A stretch of 64,000 nucleotides of DNA from Octopus sinensis (Eukaryota): the NCBI RefSeq assembly GCF_006345805.1, contig NC_042999.1:131006001-131070000 (forward strand), written 5' to 3'. Below the pieces are notes generated by a model that did not search any database, was not told the DNA's origin, and worked only from the letters and a program-made list of their open reading frames with translations. Positions within the stretch are counted from its first letter, which is position 1. Each line of letters starts with the position of its first letter. The position numbers were made by a program, and so were the translations under genes. Positions 50,066 through 62,466 of this stretch are shown here, one piece after another.

Positions 50066-50365
50066 TGGTGGTGGTGGCTGCTCCCTCGTTATCGAGTATG
50101 GCCATTACACGAAGCTTAATCAATGTTGTTATTGTGCAATGCCTGTGCAAGAAGATTTTTTTTAAAGTGGGGAAAGGTTGTGCACTGAGTTAATTCCACT
50201 CACTAAGCAACAGCAGCCATAATCCGTAAAGAAGAACAAGTCAACATCATCGGTAACCACTGAGCTGCAGGTTTTATATCGGAATTATCCCAGTCACCTG
50301 AGTTACCTTCTCCTAGAAGGATGCCCTAACAAAGGCTAAGAGTCCTTCACTCCCAATGGTTTAAC
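50066..50365 (-). mobile_element. Short non-coding retroelement (RTE-derived bipartite type), copy 2
   Basis: See copy 1; (CAC)n tail on the minus strand. Confidence 0.65.
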
Positions 50366-50644
50366 TGTGCGATCGGGTATTCAGTCCGATTATTTCTATG
50401 TCCCCACGTATGATCCAGCCTTCAGACATTTATTGGATGGCCGTTGACTCTCAAGAGTTCCTCCGACCTTTGACGGGTTTTGTTTTTCATCCCGCAGGGT
50501 GTCCAATAAACACCCTCTTCACCAAGCAAGCTTGGTGGGGCTGCCGGTTTAGTTGCCGATGACCCGACCATGCAACAGGTTGTACTGGGTTACATGTTAC
50601 CAATAGCACTCAAAAGTGACCTGACACTAACATACATACATACA

Positions 50645-50672
<28 letters not shown>
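50366..50672 (+). mobile_element. Retroelement 3' end with a (CATA)n tail
   Basis: GC-richer unique segment ending ..AAGTGACCTGACACTAA(CATA)n; family not assigned. Confidence 0.45.
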
Positions 50673-50675
<3 letters not shown>

Positions 50676-51757
50676 TAGTATCTTCGATATTATTTAAAAA
50701 ATTTATATTTATGATGGACTTCAGTAATACATGCATGAACACAAGTAAATTCACATTTGAATTTCTATTTGACCAATGTTGCATTTTCAAATATCTCTAC
50801 AACTTCATTTGCTATTTGTGTATGATATAAGCCATTCAAAAATTTTCATTGCTTTTTTTCTTACACATTTATTATCATTAATAGTGTATTTTCTTCCTAC
50901 TTCTTTAATACTATGGATATTTTGTTTTAAACTTGTTTCAGTTGCTGACAACATTTTGTGTTGAAAACATTTTGGTAGTAGGATTCTATTACAGCTTGTT
51001 TCACTGTCATTTTTTTTTTTTTTCCAGTTAATATTTTTCATTTATTCATCATTGTTTTTTAATATTAAATATTAAATTCATGTTCTGTTAACAACTGCTT
51101 TGCAATATTTCACCTTATGGATGTCTGCTTCAAATTTTACATTTTCAACTGTTGCTTGCTTTGCTGGTGTTCTACTAAGAATTGATGTTTTAGCTATGAT
51201 GGATATACTTTTAGTATTTTTCTTTTCGGCATAGTTAATTCTAAGATTTCATTAACTTGCTTTACTTCACTTTTATTTTGATTATATAACTGCATGTTAT
51301 ATATAAACAAACAATAGACTTCTTTCATTCAGTTTGCATCAAAAGGGTGACAAATAATGTGAATGGGATGGGCTTAATTTTTCAGTAAGCATAAACATAG
51401 ATAGGATAACAGTATTTACAATGGTATTGTGTTTAGTAACGAATACTAACTGTATTAAAAATGCATTGAATATATATATATATTAAAATTTATTGCCAAT
51501 ATCTAGGCAATAATTTTTCATTGCTTCATAAATGCACATTCTTTTAACATGCTTGCATTTTATCTTGTAGTTCTATTTTATATTTTTCAGTTGACATTTG
51601 AGCTTCTTTCATGCTGCATTTCTTGCCAGTGTTTTTCCCACTGGCATGCCATATGTATACTTATGCATATTCACTATAAAAATATATGATACAATGACAT
51701 CAAATCAAAGTAAAACATGCTATCTTACAGACAGCCTGTTGGCACTAGTGTGTTCAC

Positions 51758-51768
51758 ACACACACACA

Positions 51769-51842
<74 letters not shown>

Positions 51843-51900
51843 TACATGCACACAAACACACACACACACTCTCTCTCTCTCTCTCTCTCTCTCAAACATG
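51758..51900. repeat. (CA)n(CT)n microsatellite
   Basis: Directly visible. Confidence 0.95.
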
Positions 51901-52865
51901 CACATACACATAAATTGAAAAATGAATTAAGTTGAAAAGAAAAAGATGAAGAAGGAAAATGAATTGAAAATAAGTTAGAATAAGTGGTATATAGAAATTA
52001 CTGAACATTTCCTAAAATAGATATTAACTAAATAGTATAAGAACAAAGAAAATTATTCAAGTTTATAGCAGAAATATGGAAATTTTTAGTTGAATCTTGA
52101 GGTTTGGAGGGTCTGCTTTATTACCTTTACAACTGTCATGGAGATTTTTATGATAATCTTGGTGGTTTTAATTGCTTTCATTCAATTCATAATAAGATTT
52201 TGAACATTGAACACTAAATAACTATTCATTCACAATATAACTATTGAAATACATAAAATTATGATTTCATTTCAATCCTAACTGAAACAACTACTGTTCA
52301 GTATAAAATCAAACTGCTGTCTTATGTTAACATTCATGAGAAATGCAAAAAAATTTAAATGAAAGGCTTTGTTAGCTTCACTAATTTGGCAGAAAATCAA
52401 ATCTGCAGTATTCTAGCTACCAAATCCCTGGTATTGACAGATAAATATTACAGAATGAATTTACATCAAATTAAAAGACTATTAAGATCAATAAAAATAA
52501 AAAACAAAACAAAACAAAAACACTAAATTATTCATACAAAACTGTGTGGGAAACGTGATGTTTTAGCAAATAAAAATATCCATTATTTCTCTTGCAATCA
52601 ATGTGAGCTGTCCAATAGTCAGGTTTAACTTTATAAACAATGTCTTTCAATTATAATTTGAATATGAAGTATAACTGCATTGTTCTCATATGTCTTGTCA
52701 AATAGTTACATTGGTAATATTTTTTTTTTATTGTTAGACTAAATTAGTCCTTAGAAAATTGAGCTGAAATTAATGTAGACTACTCCAAAATTATGTTGTA
52801 CATTGATTTTCCATTTGAAAGGAGATAAAAGTTTGGTAGCAAAATAGTGATGGTTGTTAGCATCT

Positions 52866-53290
52866 TGTTTTATTCATCATCCTTTAAATCTTAAGAAGGT
52901 CTTGCAGATTACTATTGTCCCAGATATTGCACTCATTTGTAGTGTATGAATTAAGGAGTTGCATTTTCTCCCAAAGAACTCAAATTCAGCCATACTTTGC
53001 TCCAAGTGGGTCAGTATCTTCACTGTTACTCCAATAATTATAGGTACGAAGCTGAAAGTGTATCTTAGAAACTGGACTTTCAAACTGCTTATTAATGATC
53101 TATAACTGCTTTCTTTCTCTTGTGTTTTTTCTGACCACATCAGTGTCCAGCAGGCAACTGATTTCCATAACAGTGTGTATATTTTTTCTTGTGGCCCCAT
53201 ACAACAATATCTAGTTGGTTTTGTTTTAAATTGGTGACAGTTTTAACTTCCATGAATATTCTTTTAACCTATCAGACTCAATAAATCCCC
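52866..53290 (-). mobile_element. 3' fragment of an RLE-type (R4/Dong-like) LINE
   Basis: QLDIVVWG..KTQEKESSY..FSFVPIIIG..LQ.SAISGTIVICKTFL, i.e. the PD..D endonuclease region and terminal motif. Confidence 0.7.
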
Positions 53291-53344
53291 TTTATCTGTC
53301 AGTATTTTCTTTTTCATGTTCTGTTCCAGACTGATCTGGCCACA

Positions 53345-53835
53345 GCATTATCATCATCATAATCATCATCATCATTGTTTAACGTCTGTTTTCCATGCTA
53401 GCATGGGTTGGATGGTTTGACCGGGGTCTGGGAAGCCAGGAGGCTGCACCAGGCTCCAGTCTGATCTGGCAGTGTTTCTACAGCTGGATGCCCTTCCTAA
53501 CACCAACCACTCCATGAGTGTAGTGGTTGCTTTTTACGTGCCAGGGGAGGCTGGCAATGGCCACGATTGGTTGGTGCTTTTTACATGCCACTGGCACAGG
53601 TATCCAACTACAATTTCCATTTGATTTTTATTTGATGTTGATGTACTTGACTCAATAAGTCTCCTCAAGCACAGCAGGTCACCGTACAACCCAAGGTAAG
53701 CACAGCAGGCTGTTCTGCGATTCAAGGTACTTTTGATGAGCTGGGGCTGCTAAAGTACCTTGGCCCATCCAAAGTACCTTGGATAGCAGAACGGCCTGCT
53801 GTGCTTACCTTGGATTGTAGGGTGACCTGCTGTGA
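53345..53835 (-). mobile_element. RTE LINE 3' tail with a fold-back at its 5' end
   Basis: (CAT)n tail at about 53348-53375, family 3'UTR, and 64-bp inverted arms at 53670-53733 / 53771-53834. Confidence 0.8.
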
Positions 53836-54582
53836 GAAGACATTTTCTTGCTGTTGATTATAATGTGGTTGGTATCTTCAGTTTTATTTTTATGCTGCCA
53901 ATGTTTGTACTCTTGTCAATCTGCTCTGCTTTTTATGCTATAGATACTTGGTGGGGATCTCCTGCTCTCGAACCGCATGGAGATAGCCTTCAAAGTGAAA
54001 TGTTATAAACTTGTCAGTGCTCCATGCTGAGCTTTTGATCCGATCTATTCTTTCTATGCGTTGCATCTGTCATGCCAAGTACACATGCACTAACTTATCA
54101 ATGAACTATTCAAAATTTTCATTTTGTTGTTCTGAGCAACAGAATTTCCCAATGTACCCTGGGGAGTATTCAAGAGTGTATGTATGGTGTCTGTGTCTAT
54201 GATATACGCACGTATGTATGTATGCTTGCTTGTGTGTGTATAAATGCATTTATCTATGTATGTGCATATGTATGCATGTATGTATGTGTGTGTATGTATG
54301 CATGTAAGTATGTAAGTTTAACCTAATGGTATTTCACAGTGATATTGGTAACATAATTAGATTGTGCAAATAATACTTACTTAACCCAGAAATGAAATCA
54401 ATGTGACTTTTTTCTTTCTTTTTCTATTCTTAAAAACAGATAAAAATGAGACAATGAAGAGATCTTTTTGTTTAAGAGCACAATTGAAGTAATGACATAA
54501 AAAAGAAAAAATATTAAGAAAACAAAGAGTTTCTGTGTTTTAACTTTATTTGGAAACAGCATTTTAGATTAATTTCGCCTGA

Positions 54583-54852
54583 CTGGCATCCGTGTCAGTG
54601 ACACGTAAAAGCACCAACCGATCATGGCCGTTTGCCAGCCTCCTCTGGCCCCTGTGCCGGTGGCACGTAAAAAGCACCCACTACACTCACGGAGTGGTTG
54701 GTGTTAGGAAGGGCATCCAGCTGTAGAAGCACTGCCAGATCAGATTGGAGCCTGGTGCAGCCTCCTGACTTCCCAGACCCCAGTCGAACTGTCCAACCTC
54801 TGCTAGCATGGAAAACAGATATTAAACGATGATGATGATGACGATGATGATG
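54583..54852 (+). mobile_element. RTE LINE 3' tail with (GAT)n
   Basis: Matches the reverse complement of 57574-57760. Confidence 0.85.
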
Positions 54853-54942
54853 AATGTACTGATCATTCTCTATCTTCTTTCCTTTTAACATTATTAGTGA
54901 TATCCAAAGGTGGGCACCATTAATCAAACAGCTAACTTCATT

Positions 54943-55268
54943 AACCATTAATCAGTTAATTATTTCCTAATGTAATGGAAGTTATTGATAAACCATTAAC
55001 ATTAATTTTTATTATAGAAAAAACAAAAAAATCAGTTTTCACTCTAAAACCACCTAAAAACACCTTTAAAAAGTGCCAAAGCTATAAAATCCATTAACTT
55101 CAATTGAACTGAAATTAACAGAAGTTGACTCAAACTGACTTGAATTAACGGAAGTTAAATGTAATGGAAGTTAATTAGTCCAGTAATGATTTCCAAAGTT
55201 AACTCAAAAGTTAAATCATTAACAGAAATGTTAACTTTGTTAAATTAATGATTAACAGATTAATGGTT
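54943..55268. mobile_element. AT-rich MITE-like element with about 18-bp inverted ends
   Basis: AACCATTAATCAGTTAAT (54943-54960) versus ATTAACAGATTAATGGTT (55251-55268); internal TTAAC/GAAGTT repeats. Confidence 0.5.
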
Positions 55269-55397
55269 TGGTGATATCTGAATAAGATGGAACCGCTTTA
55301 TTTTATATGACAATTTTTAACTTCACAGTAACCCTAAATCAATTTTATCTGCAAAAGGAAACTAAAATCAGTCATATCAATATTTTTATATATTATT

Positions 55398-55791
55398 AGG
55401 CGCAGGAGTGGCTGTGTGGTAAGTAGCTTGCTAACCAACCACATGGTTCCGGGTTCAGTACCACTGCGAGGCATCTTGGGCAAGTGTCTTCTGCTATAGC
55501 CCCGTGCCGACCAAAGCCTTGTGAGTGGATTTGGTAGACGGAAACTGAAAGAAGCCTGTCGTATATATGTATATATATATATATGTGTGTGTGTGTATGT
55601 GTTTGTTTGTCTGTGTTTGTCCCCCTAGCATTACTTGACAACCGATGCTGGTGTGTTTACGTCCCCATCACTTAGCGGTTCGGCAAAAGAGGACGATAGA
55701 ATAAGTACTGGGCTTACAAAGAATAAGTCCTGGGGTCGATTTGCTCGACTAAAGGCGGTGCTCCAGCATGGCCACAGTCAAAGGACTGAAA
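55398..55791 (+). mobile_element. SINE family B, near-consensus
   Basis: A-box TGGCTGTGTGG, B-box GGTTCAGTACC, internal (TA)(TG) microsatellite. Confidence 0.92.
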
Positions 55792-55984
55792 TGCTTCCTC
55801 TATCACTCTCTCTCTCCCACTCATACACACTCATGTAAACACATAAACGCACATGTCCACACACACACACACACACACACACAAACAATAGTACTTCCTT
55901 TTCTGATATGATAATATTTTTTATATATTGGTATGGCTGTTTGGTTTGGTTTGGTAGCCCTGGTCAATCTACGCTCATACAACA

Positions 55985-56230
55985 ACAACTTTATTTATGG
56001 CAAGGAGATTAAGACTGGTTGTCTGGAAACTTCTGTGTGCTGATGACCTAGTTCTCATAGCTGAATCTGTTAAAGAATAAGTAAGGAAATTTCAAAACAC
56101 AGAAGAAAAGTCAACGAAATGAGAAAAGTTTCAGTTAACAAGTAAGACTACAAGAATCTATCGCCATGTAGAAAGTGGCCTTGTTAAATATGAAGAAAAG
56201 GAATAGACAAAAACATTATACTGTACATCT
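55985..56230 (+). mobile_element. Decayed RTE RT fragment spanning the YADD region
   Basis: GAGATTAAGACTGGTTGT...TGCTGATGACCTAGTTCTCATAGCTGAATC corresponds to EFKTGC(PWELLY)ADDLVLIAES. Confidence 0.6.
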
Positions 56231-56280
56231 TAGATAAACTAAGGATACACAAGATATGCTGTGGGATCAAATATGGTCTT

Positions 56281-57318
56281 TTACCTTTTACTTTTTGCTT
56301 GTTTCAGTCATTAGACTGCGGCCATGCTGGGGCATCACATTGAACACTTCTTTTAGTTGAAAGAATTGACTTCGGTTAAGCCTGGTATTTATTCTACCAG
56401 TCTCTTTTGCTGAACCACTAAGTTACAGGGATATAAACACACCAACACCAGTTGTCAAGCAGTGGTGAAGAACAAACACAGACACACACATATAGATATA
56501 GACATACATACATATATATGATGCGCTTCTTTCAGTTTCCATCTACCAAATCTACTCACAAGGCTTTGGTCAGCCCAAGGACAATTACCCAAGCTGTCAC
56601 GCACTGGTACTGAACCCAGAACCATGTGATTAGGAAATAAGCTTCTTACCACACAAAAGACTTTTCATGTAGCAGATTCACAGAAATAGTTAGCAATAAG
56701 AGCACCCTTCAAATGCCCTAAAGTCTTAGAACTATTTGATAGCTCCTGCTATTTAGGTCAGCAATCCCTAACCTTTTTGCATCATGGACTGGTGGCATGC
56801 AAAACAATTTTCCTGTGGTCTTGAGGATCACTTACATAATAAAACACAACAAAGGGAATAATATATAATTTAATTATTACATATATAACACATCTTTTAA
56901 ATTTTACTTGTTTCAGTCATTAGACTGAGGCCATGCTGGGGCACCACCATCAAGAATTTTTAGTCGAATGTATTGATCTCAGTACTTATTTTTTAAAGCC
57001 AAGTACTTATTGATCAGCATCTTTTGCTGAACTGCTAAGTTATGAGAATATAAATAAACCAGCACCGGTTATCAAACAGTGGTGGCAGGATAAACACAGA
57101 CACAAATATAAACACACACACACGCACATGCACCCCTCCCACACACACACATATGACAGGCTTCTTTCAGTTTCTGTCAACCAAATCCACTCATTAGGCT
57201 TTGATTAGCCTGGGGCTATAGCAGAAGACACTTGCCTTAGGTGCCATGAAGTTGGACTGGATCTGGAACCATGTAGTTAGGAAGCAAGCTTCTTACCACA
57301 CAGCCACACCTACACCTA
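56281..57318 (-). mobile_element. Two SINE family B copies (56281-56655 and 56903-57318)
   Basis: Both are colinear with 43697-44142. Confidence 0.85.
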
Positions 57319-57573
57319 TACATATATATGGATTTCAAATTTTGACACATGGATAGCAATTTTCAGGGGAGGGGACAGGTCAATTACACAGATCACCCCC
57401 AGTCCTCAGCTGGTACTTATTTTATCAATCCAGAAAGGATAAAAAGGCAAAGTTGACCACAGTGGCATATGAACTCAGAATGTCATGAAGATGGATGCAA
57501 TGTTGCTAAGCATTTTATTTGGTATGCTAACAGTTCTGCCAACTCACTGCCTTATAACACATATATGTCATGT

Positions 57574-60416
57574 ATCATCATCATCATCGTTTAGGGTCCT
57601 CTATCCATGCTAGCATGGGTTGGACGGTTCAACTGGGGTCTGGGAAGCCAGAAGACTGCGCCAGGCCCAGTCTGATCTGGCAATGTTTCTACGGCTGGAT
57701 GCCCTTCCTAATGCCAACCACTCCATGAGTGTAGTGGGTGCTTTTTACGTGCCACCAGCACAGGTGCCAGAGTCTGGCAAACGGCCACGATCGGATGGTG
57801 CTTTTTATGTGCCACCGGCATGGGGGCCAGGCGAGGCTGGCAACGGCCACGAACAGATGGTGCTTTTTACATGCCACTGGCACGTGGCCAGTCGGGGCGG
57901 CGCTGGCAACGGCCACGTTCGGATGGTTCTCTCACGTGCCACCGGCACTGGTATCTCAGCTGCAATTTCCATTGATCGATTTCGATTCTGATTTCTCACT
58001 TGCCTCAACAGGTCTTCACAAGTAGAGTTTTGTGTCTCAAGAAGGGAAGGTATGCATAAGTGGACTGGCTACATCCTGTGTAGAAGGCCACGGGTTATGG
58101 TCTCACTTGTCCTGCCGGGTCTTCTCACACACAGCATACTTCTAGAGGTCTCGGTCTCAAGTCATTTCCTCAGTGAGACCTAAAGTTCGAAGGTTGTGCT
58201 TCACCACCTCGTCCCAGGTTTTCCTGGGTCTGCCTCTTCCACAGGTTCCCTCAACTGCTAGGGTGTGGCACTTTTTCACACAACTATCTTCATCCATTCT
58301 CGCCACATGACCATACCAGTGCAAACGTCTCTCTTGCACACCACATCTGATGCTTCTTAGGTCCAGCTTTTCTCTCAAGGTACTTACACTCTGTCGAGTA
58401 TGAACACTGACATTACACATCCATCGGAGCATACTGGCTTCATTTCTTGCGAGCTTACGCCTATCCTCAGTAGTCATGGCCCATGTTTCACTGTCATGTA
58501 TCATGGCTGTTCGTACACACGCGTCATACAGTCTGCCTTTTACTCTGAGCGAGAGGCCTTTTGTCACCAGCAGAGGTAAGAGCTCTCTGAACTTTGCCCA
58601 AGCTATTCTTACTCTAGCAGTTACACTTTCAGCACACCCACCCCTACTACTGACTTGGTCACCTAGGTAACAGAAGCTATCAACTATTTCTAGTTTTTCT
58701 CCCTGGAAAGTGACAGAAGTTGGTCTCAGAGCATTTTCAGTGTTTATTGTTCCTGAGCATCTGCCACATACAAAAACTATCTTCCCAGTTAGCCTTCCTT
58801 TGACATTGCTGCACCTCTTATGTGTGCATAGCTTACACTTGGTGCATCTTATAGAGTTTCTACCTACACCTTTTCTACAGATCGAGCAGGGCCATCTACC
58901 TGAAGGCGTTTGTGATTTGTCTACCTTCCTACTTATTAGGACTTTGGTTTTAGCTAGATTGACTCTAAGGCCCTTCGATTCTAATCCTTGCTTCCACACC
59001 TGAAACTTCTCCTCCAGTTCTGATAGTGACTCAGCAATTAGAGCAAGGGCATCCTGTCTTGAATTCCTCCGTTATTGCCTGGAGGACTATGATAAATAGG
59101 AGGGGGCTGAGGACTGAGCTTTGGTGGAGCCCTACCTCTACCTGGAATTCTTCACTGTACTCGTTGCCAACCCTCACCTTACTAGCAGCGTCCCTGTACA
59201 TGGCTTGCGCAGCTCTCACTAACCATTCATCTATCCCTAGTTTCCTCATTGACCACCAGATAAGGGATCGGGGGACCCTGTCGAAGGCTTTCTCTATGTC
59301 AGCAAAAGCCAGGTACAGGGGCTTATCTTTGACTAGGTATTTCTCCTGCAGCTGCCTTACCAGGAATATAGCATCAGTGGTACTTTTCCCTGGCACGAAC
59401 CCAAACTGCATCTCATCTAAACTAACTCTCTCTCTGATTAGTTGGGCTATGACCCTCTCCGTAACCTTCAATACCTGATCCAACAGCTTGATGCCTTTGT
59501 AATTATTTGTATCTAGGGCGTCACCTTTACCTTTGTAGCAGTTGACTATTATGCTGCTACACCAGTCATTGGGTATGACTCCTTTGTGTATCACCTGATT
59601 AACTATACGGGTGACTAGGCTATAGCCGACACTACCAGATATTTTGAGCATCTCTGCAGTGATTCCTGATGGGCCTGGGGCTTTCCCTGTCTTCATGCTT
59701 CTAATTGTCTTAACTACCAAGGAACTGTCAACTTGGATAGCTGGTCCCTCTGTTGGGTCAATATTCGGCAGACTCTCTTTATCCCATTCATTTTCTTTAT
59801 TCAGCAACCTTTCATAGTGGCGTCTCCAAACCTCTCTCTTTGCATCCTCATTTAGCGCAAGTGAACCATCTTCCATGCGAACACACTTCTCTCCTACCAC
59901 ATCACAATTCTCTCTCACACACTGTCTTGCAACACGAAACACCTCCAGTCTTTGGTCCTCACGGCGCAGAACATTGGCAATTTTTTTCTTATCTGCTTCC
60001 CTTCTGGCTAGATAGACCTGTCTCCTAGCTTCCCTTTTGGCAGTCTGATACAATTCCCTGCTACCACCATTTTTCAAGTCCTTCCAAGCCTGTCTCTTTT
60101 CTCTAATAGCCCTGTCTACAACATTGTTCCACCACCACGTTACCTTGGGATGAGAGGGGACTTTGCACCAGTCACAGATCTGGTCAGTGGCTCTCAGCAG
60201 GTTGTCCCTTAGAAACGTCCAGTTGCCTTCTACCCCATGTGATACTCTATCCCCTTCTACTTCGTCAAAGGCTTCAAGTAGCATGTCCCTAAATCTCTGT
60301 CCATTCGCAGGATCCTTCTTCTCCATGTTGGTCGTCTTCTGGTTGTCCTCTTAGTCCTGATCCTTAAGTCACTAACTACTAGTCTATGTTGCGGGGTACA
60401 AAAATACTCTGCAGGC
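57574..60416 (-). mobile_element. 5'-truncated RTE-clade LINE (APE end, RT, C-terminus, repeat-containing 3'UTR, (GAT)n tail); ORF broken by deletions
   Basis: ORFs 59031-60326 (KAPGPSG, QFGFVPGKSTTDAIF, FADIEKAFDRV, GLHQSSVLSPLLF) and 58157-58999 (CSICRKG..RCTKC, YLG, GRGRPRKTW); APE tail TPQHRLVVSDL at about 60370-60400. Confidence 0.95.
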
Positions 60417-60489
60417 TATGACAAACAATAAAACAGAAATAAAATTTAAAAGTTCGTTCATTCTGTGTGGCCAGGTCCCAAATGATCAA

Positions 60490-60720
60490 TGGCTCCAGTA
60501 CTGGTCGACAGCTTGGTGGTTGGGGTCCCCTGATCTAGGTGACCTAATCAGCAGAAGAGGCAGTTGTTACAAAAGCATGGTAGTCAGTGTAAGTATAGGG
60601 TGGAGAAACTTCAGGGAGCTGTAACTTCAGCTGACAAAAAAGGGATTCTCTCTTCAAGTGACAAGCAGATTGTATGATGTTATGAAGTGCAATAATGCAT
60701 GATAGCTAAATGTAGGCATT
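60490..60720 (+). mobile_element. Older RTE fragment (post-RT region)
   Basis: LGDLISRRGSCYKSMVVSVSIGWRNFREL resembles LGDQVSSRGGCAESVTARVRIAWAKFREL in the ORF at 58157-58999. Confidence 0.7.
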
Positions 60721-61739
60721 AAATTCAGAGGATGTGGGAAGACTGGATAGAAATGAGGTAAGCATAATATAATATTGGTTTTAAATTTTGGCACAAGGAC
60801 AGCAATTTTAGGAGAAGAAGAAGTTGTTTACATTAACCACAGTTGAAAACTGGTACATGTTTTATCAACCCTGAAAGGATGAAAGGCAAAGTTGCCCTCA
60901 TCAGAATTTGAATGTAAAGATGGACACAATACTCATAAGCATTCATCCAACATGCTAATAATTCTGCTAGCTTACTACCTTTAACATAAAGACGAACAAA
61001 ATACTGCTAAGCATTTTACCCAGTGTGCTAATGACTCTGCCAGTTCACTGTCTTATGCTGGATCTATAATATTAGCATGTAATGTAACAATAGAGATAGA
61101 GCACAAAGGAACAGAAGGGATAACTGAGTATAAAAGGAATCAGCTAGGGGTGCAAAAGAGACTATTGTGATAGTATGGACATGTGACATCCACAAAGTTT
61201 ATTTTTGTTGTGGTATGGTGGCTTGAATACCTCAATGAACCCAAGGGCTATTGCAGCAGAACACAAGCTCCATGTGGGATAGGCCAAAGGTCAGAGGCCA
61301 GACTAATATGAGTCACTTCTCCTCAGAGGTAAAAAAAAGAATTATATAGGGCCATACCCCTATCTACAAAAAAGCAAAGTTACAGAAGCATTGATGAAAA
61401 TTCAAAACCAACAAAACTTGGGAGAAGATGGTTTACCCCTCAGGAAAACATATGATTAAGTGCAGCAAAATTCAAAAGGAAAAAGCAAGGATCCACCTGG
61501 AGAGAAACAAAAGAGAGTTGAGAATGGTGGAGAAAAGTCATCGATGGCATACGCTTCATAAAGAGCAAAGGACTTGAGAAGAGTGATAGAAATGTGAAGT
61601 ATATATAAAGGAAGGGATGTGTAAAAGTGCTCATGTGATCCAAATGGAAAGCTCATTTAGAAGAGAGATATCAAGAAAGGTGTGGGAATAACAAAGGAAT
61701 GCAACAAGTATCAAGACACAATGCCGGAGAAGAGCTACC

Positions 61740-62040
61740 TAATCCATATACTACTGGCATTCCATTGGTTACAGCAACAAGGATTCCAGTTGATCTTATC
61801 AATGGAACAGCCTGCTCGTGAAATTAACATGCAAGTGGCTGAGCACTCCACAGACACATGTACCCTTAATGTAGTTAGTTCTCAGGGAGATTCGGCATGA
61901 TACAGAGTGTGACAAGGCTGACCCTTTGAAATACAGGTACTACTCATTTTCTGCAAGCTGAGTGAACTGGAGCAATGTGAAATAAAGTAAACTTGCTCAA
62001 GGACACAAAGTGCCAATGGGAATTGAACTCATCACCTTAC
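61740..62040 (-). mobile_element. tRNA-derived SINE, family C
   Basis: The minus strand starts GAGTTCAATTCCC (B-box) ...GTGTCCTTGAGCAAG..CATTGCTCCAGTTCACTCAGC; a partial copy lies at about 13665-13780. Confidence 0.7.
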
Positions 62041-62419
62041 CTAACCCGTGTAAGTGGGAAAGTAGAAGTATAATGATGATATGTAGGAAGTCAGATAAAC
62101 AACTTGGGGTGCTCAGTGGTGGTAATGATAGTGGTGATAGATGTTAAATTAATTGGTGGTGGTCGTGGTCATCAAGTTTGGTGGAGAAGCAGTATTGGTT
62201 GTCAAATTTGGAAGTGGAGCATTGTCAATTACAGTGATAATGAGGTATTGTTAGGCTTGGTGGTGGTGGTGGAGAGAGGTCAAGTTCAGTGGTAGTGGAC
62301 TGGTGTTGGTGGTTATTGAGTTCAGTGGAGGCAGTTGTCAAAATTTGTTGGTAGTGAAGGTAATCAAGTTTACTGGTGGTGACAGTGGTCAAGTTTGGCA
62401 TCATCATCATTATCATACA

Positions 62420-62460
<41 letters not shown>

Positions 62461-62466
<6 letters not shown>

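Noticed and set aside
53724-53762. TTGATGAGC..GCTAAAGTACC resembling a hammerhead core
   Set aside because: There is no GAAA after a paired stem II; the pairing is explained by the local GGTACTTT/AAAGTACC inverted repeat.
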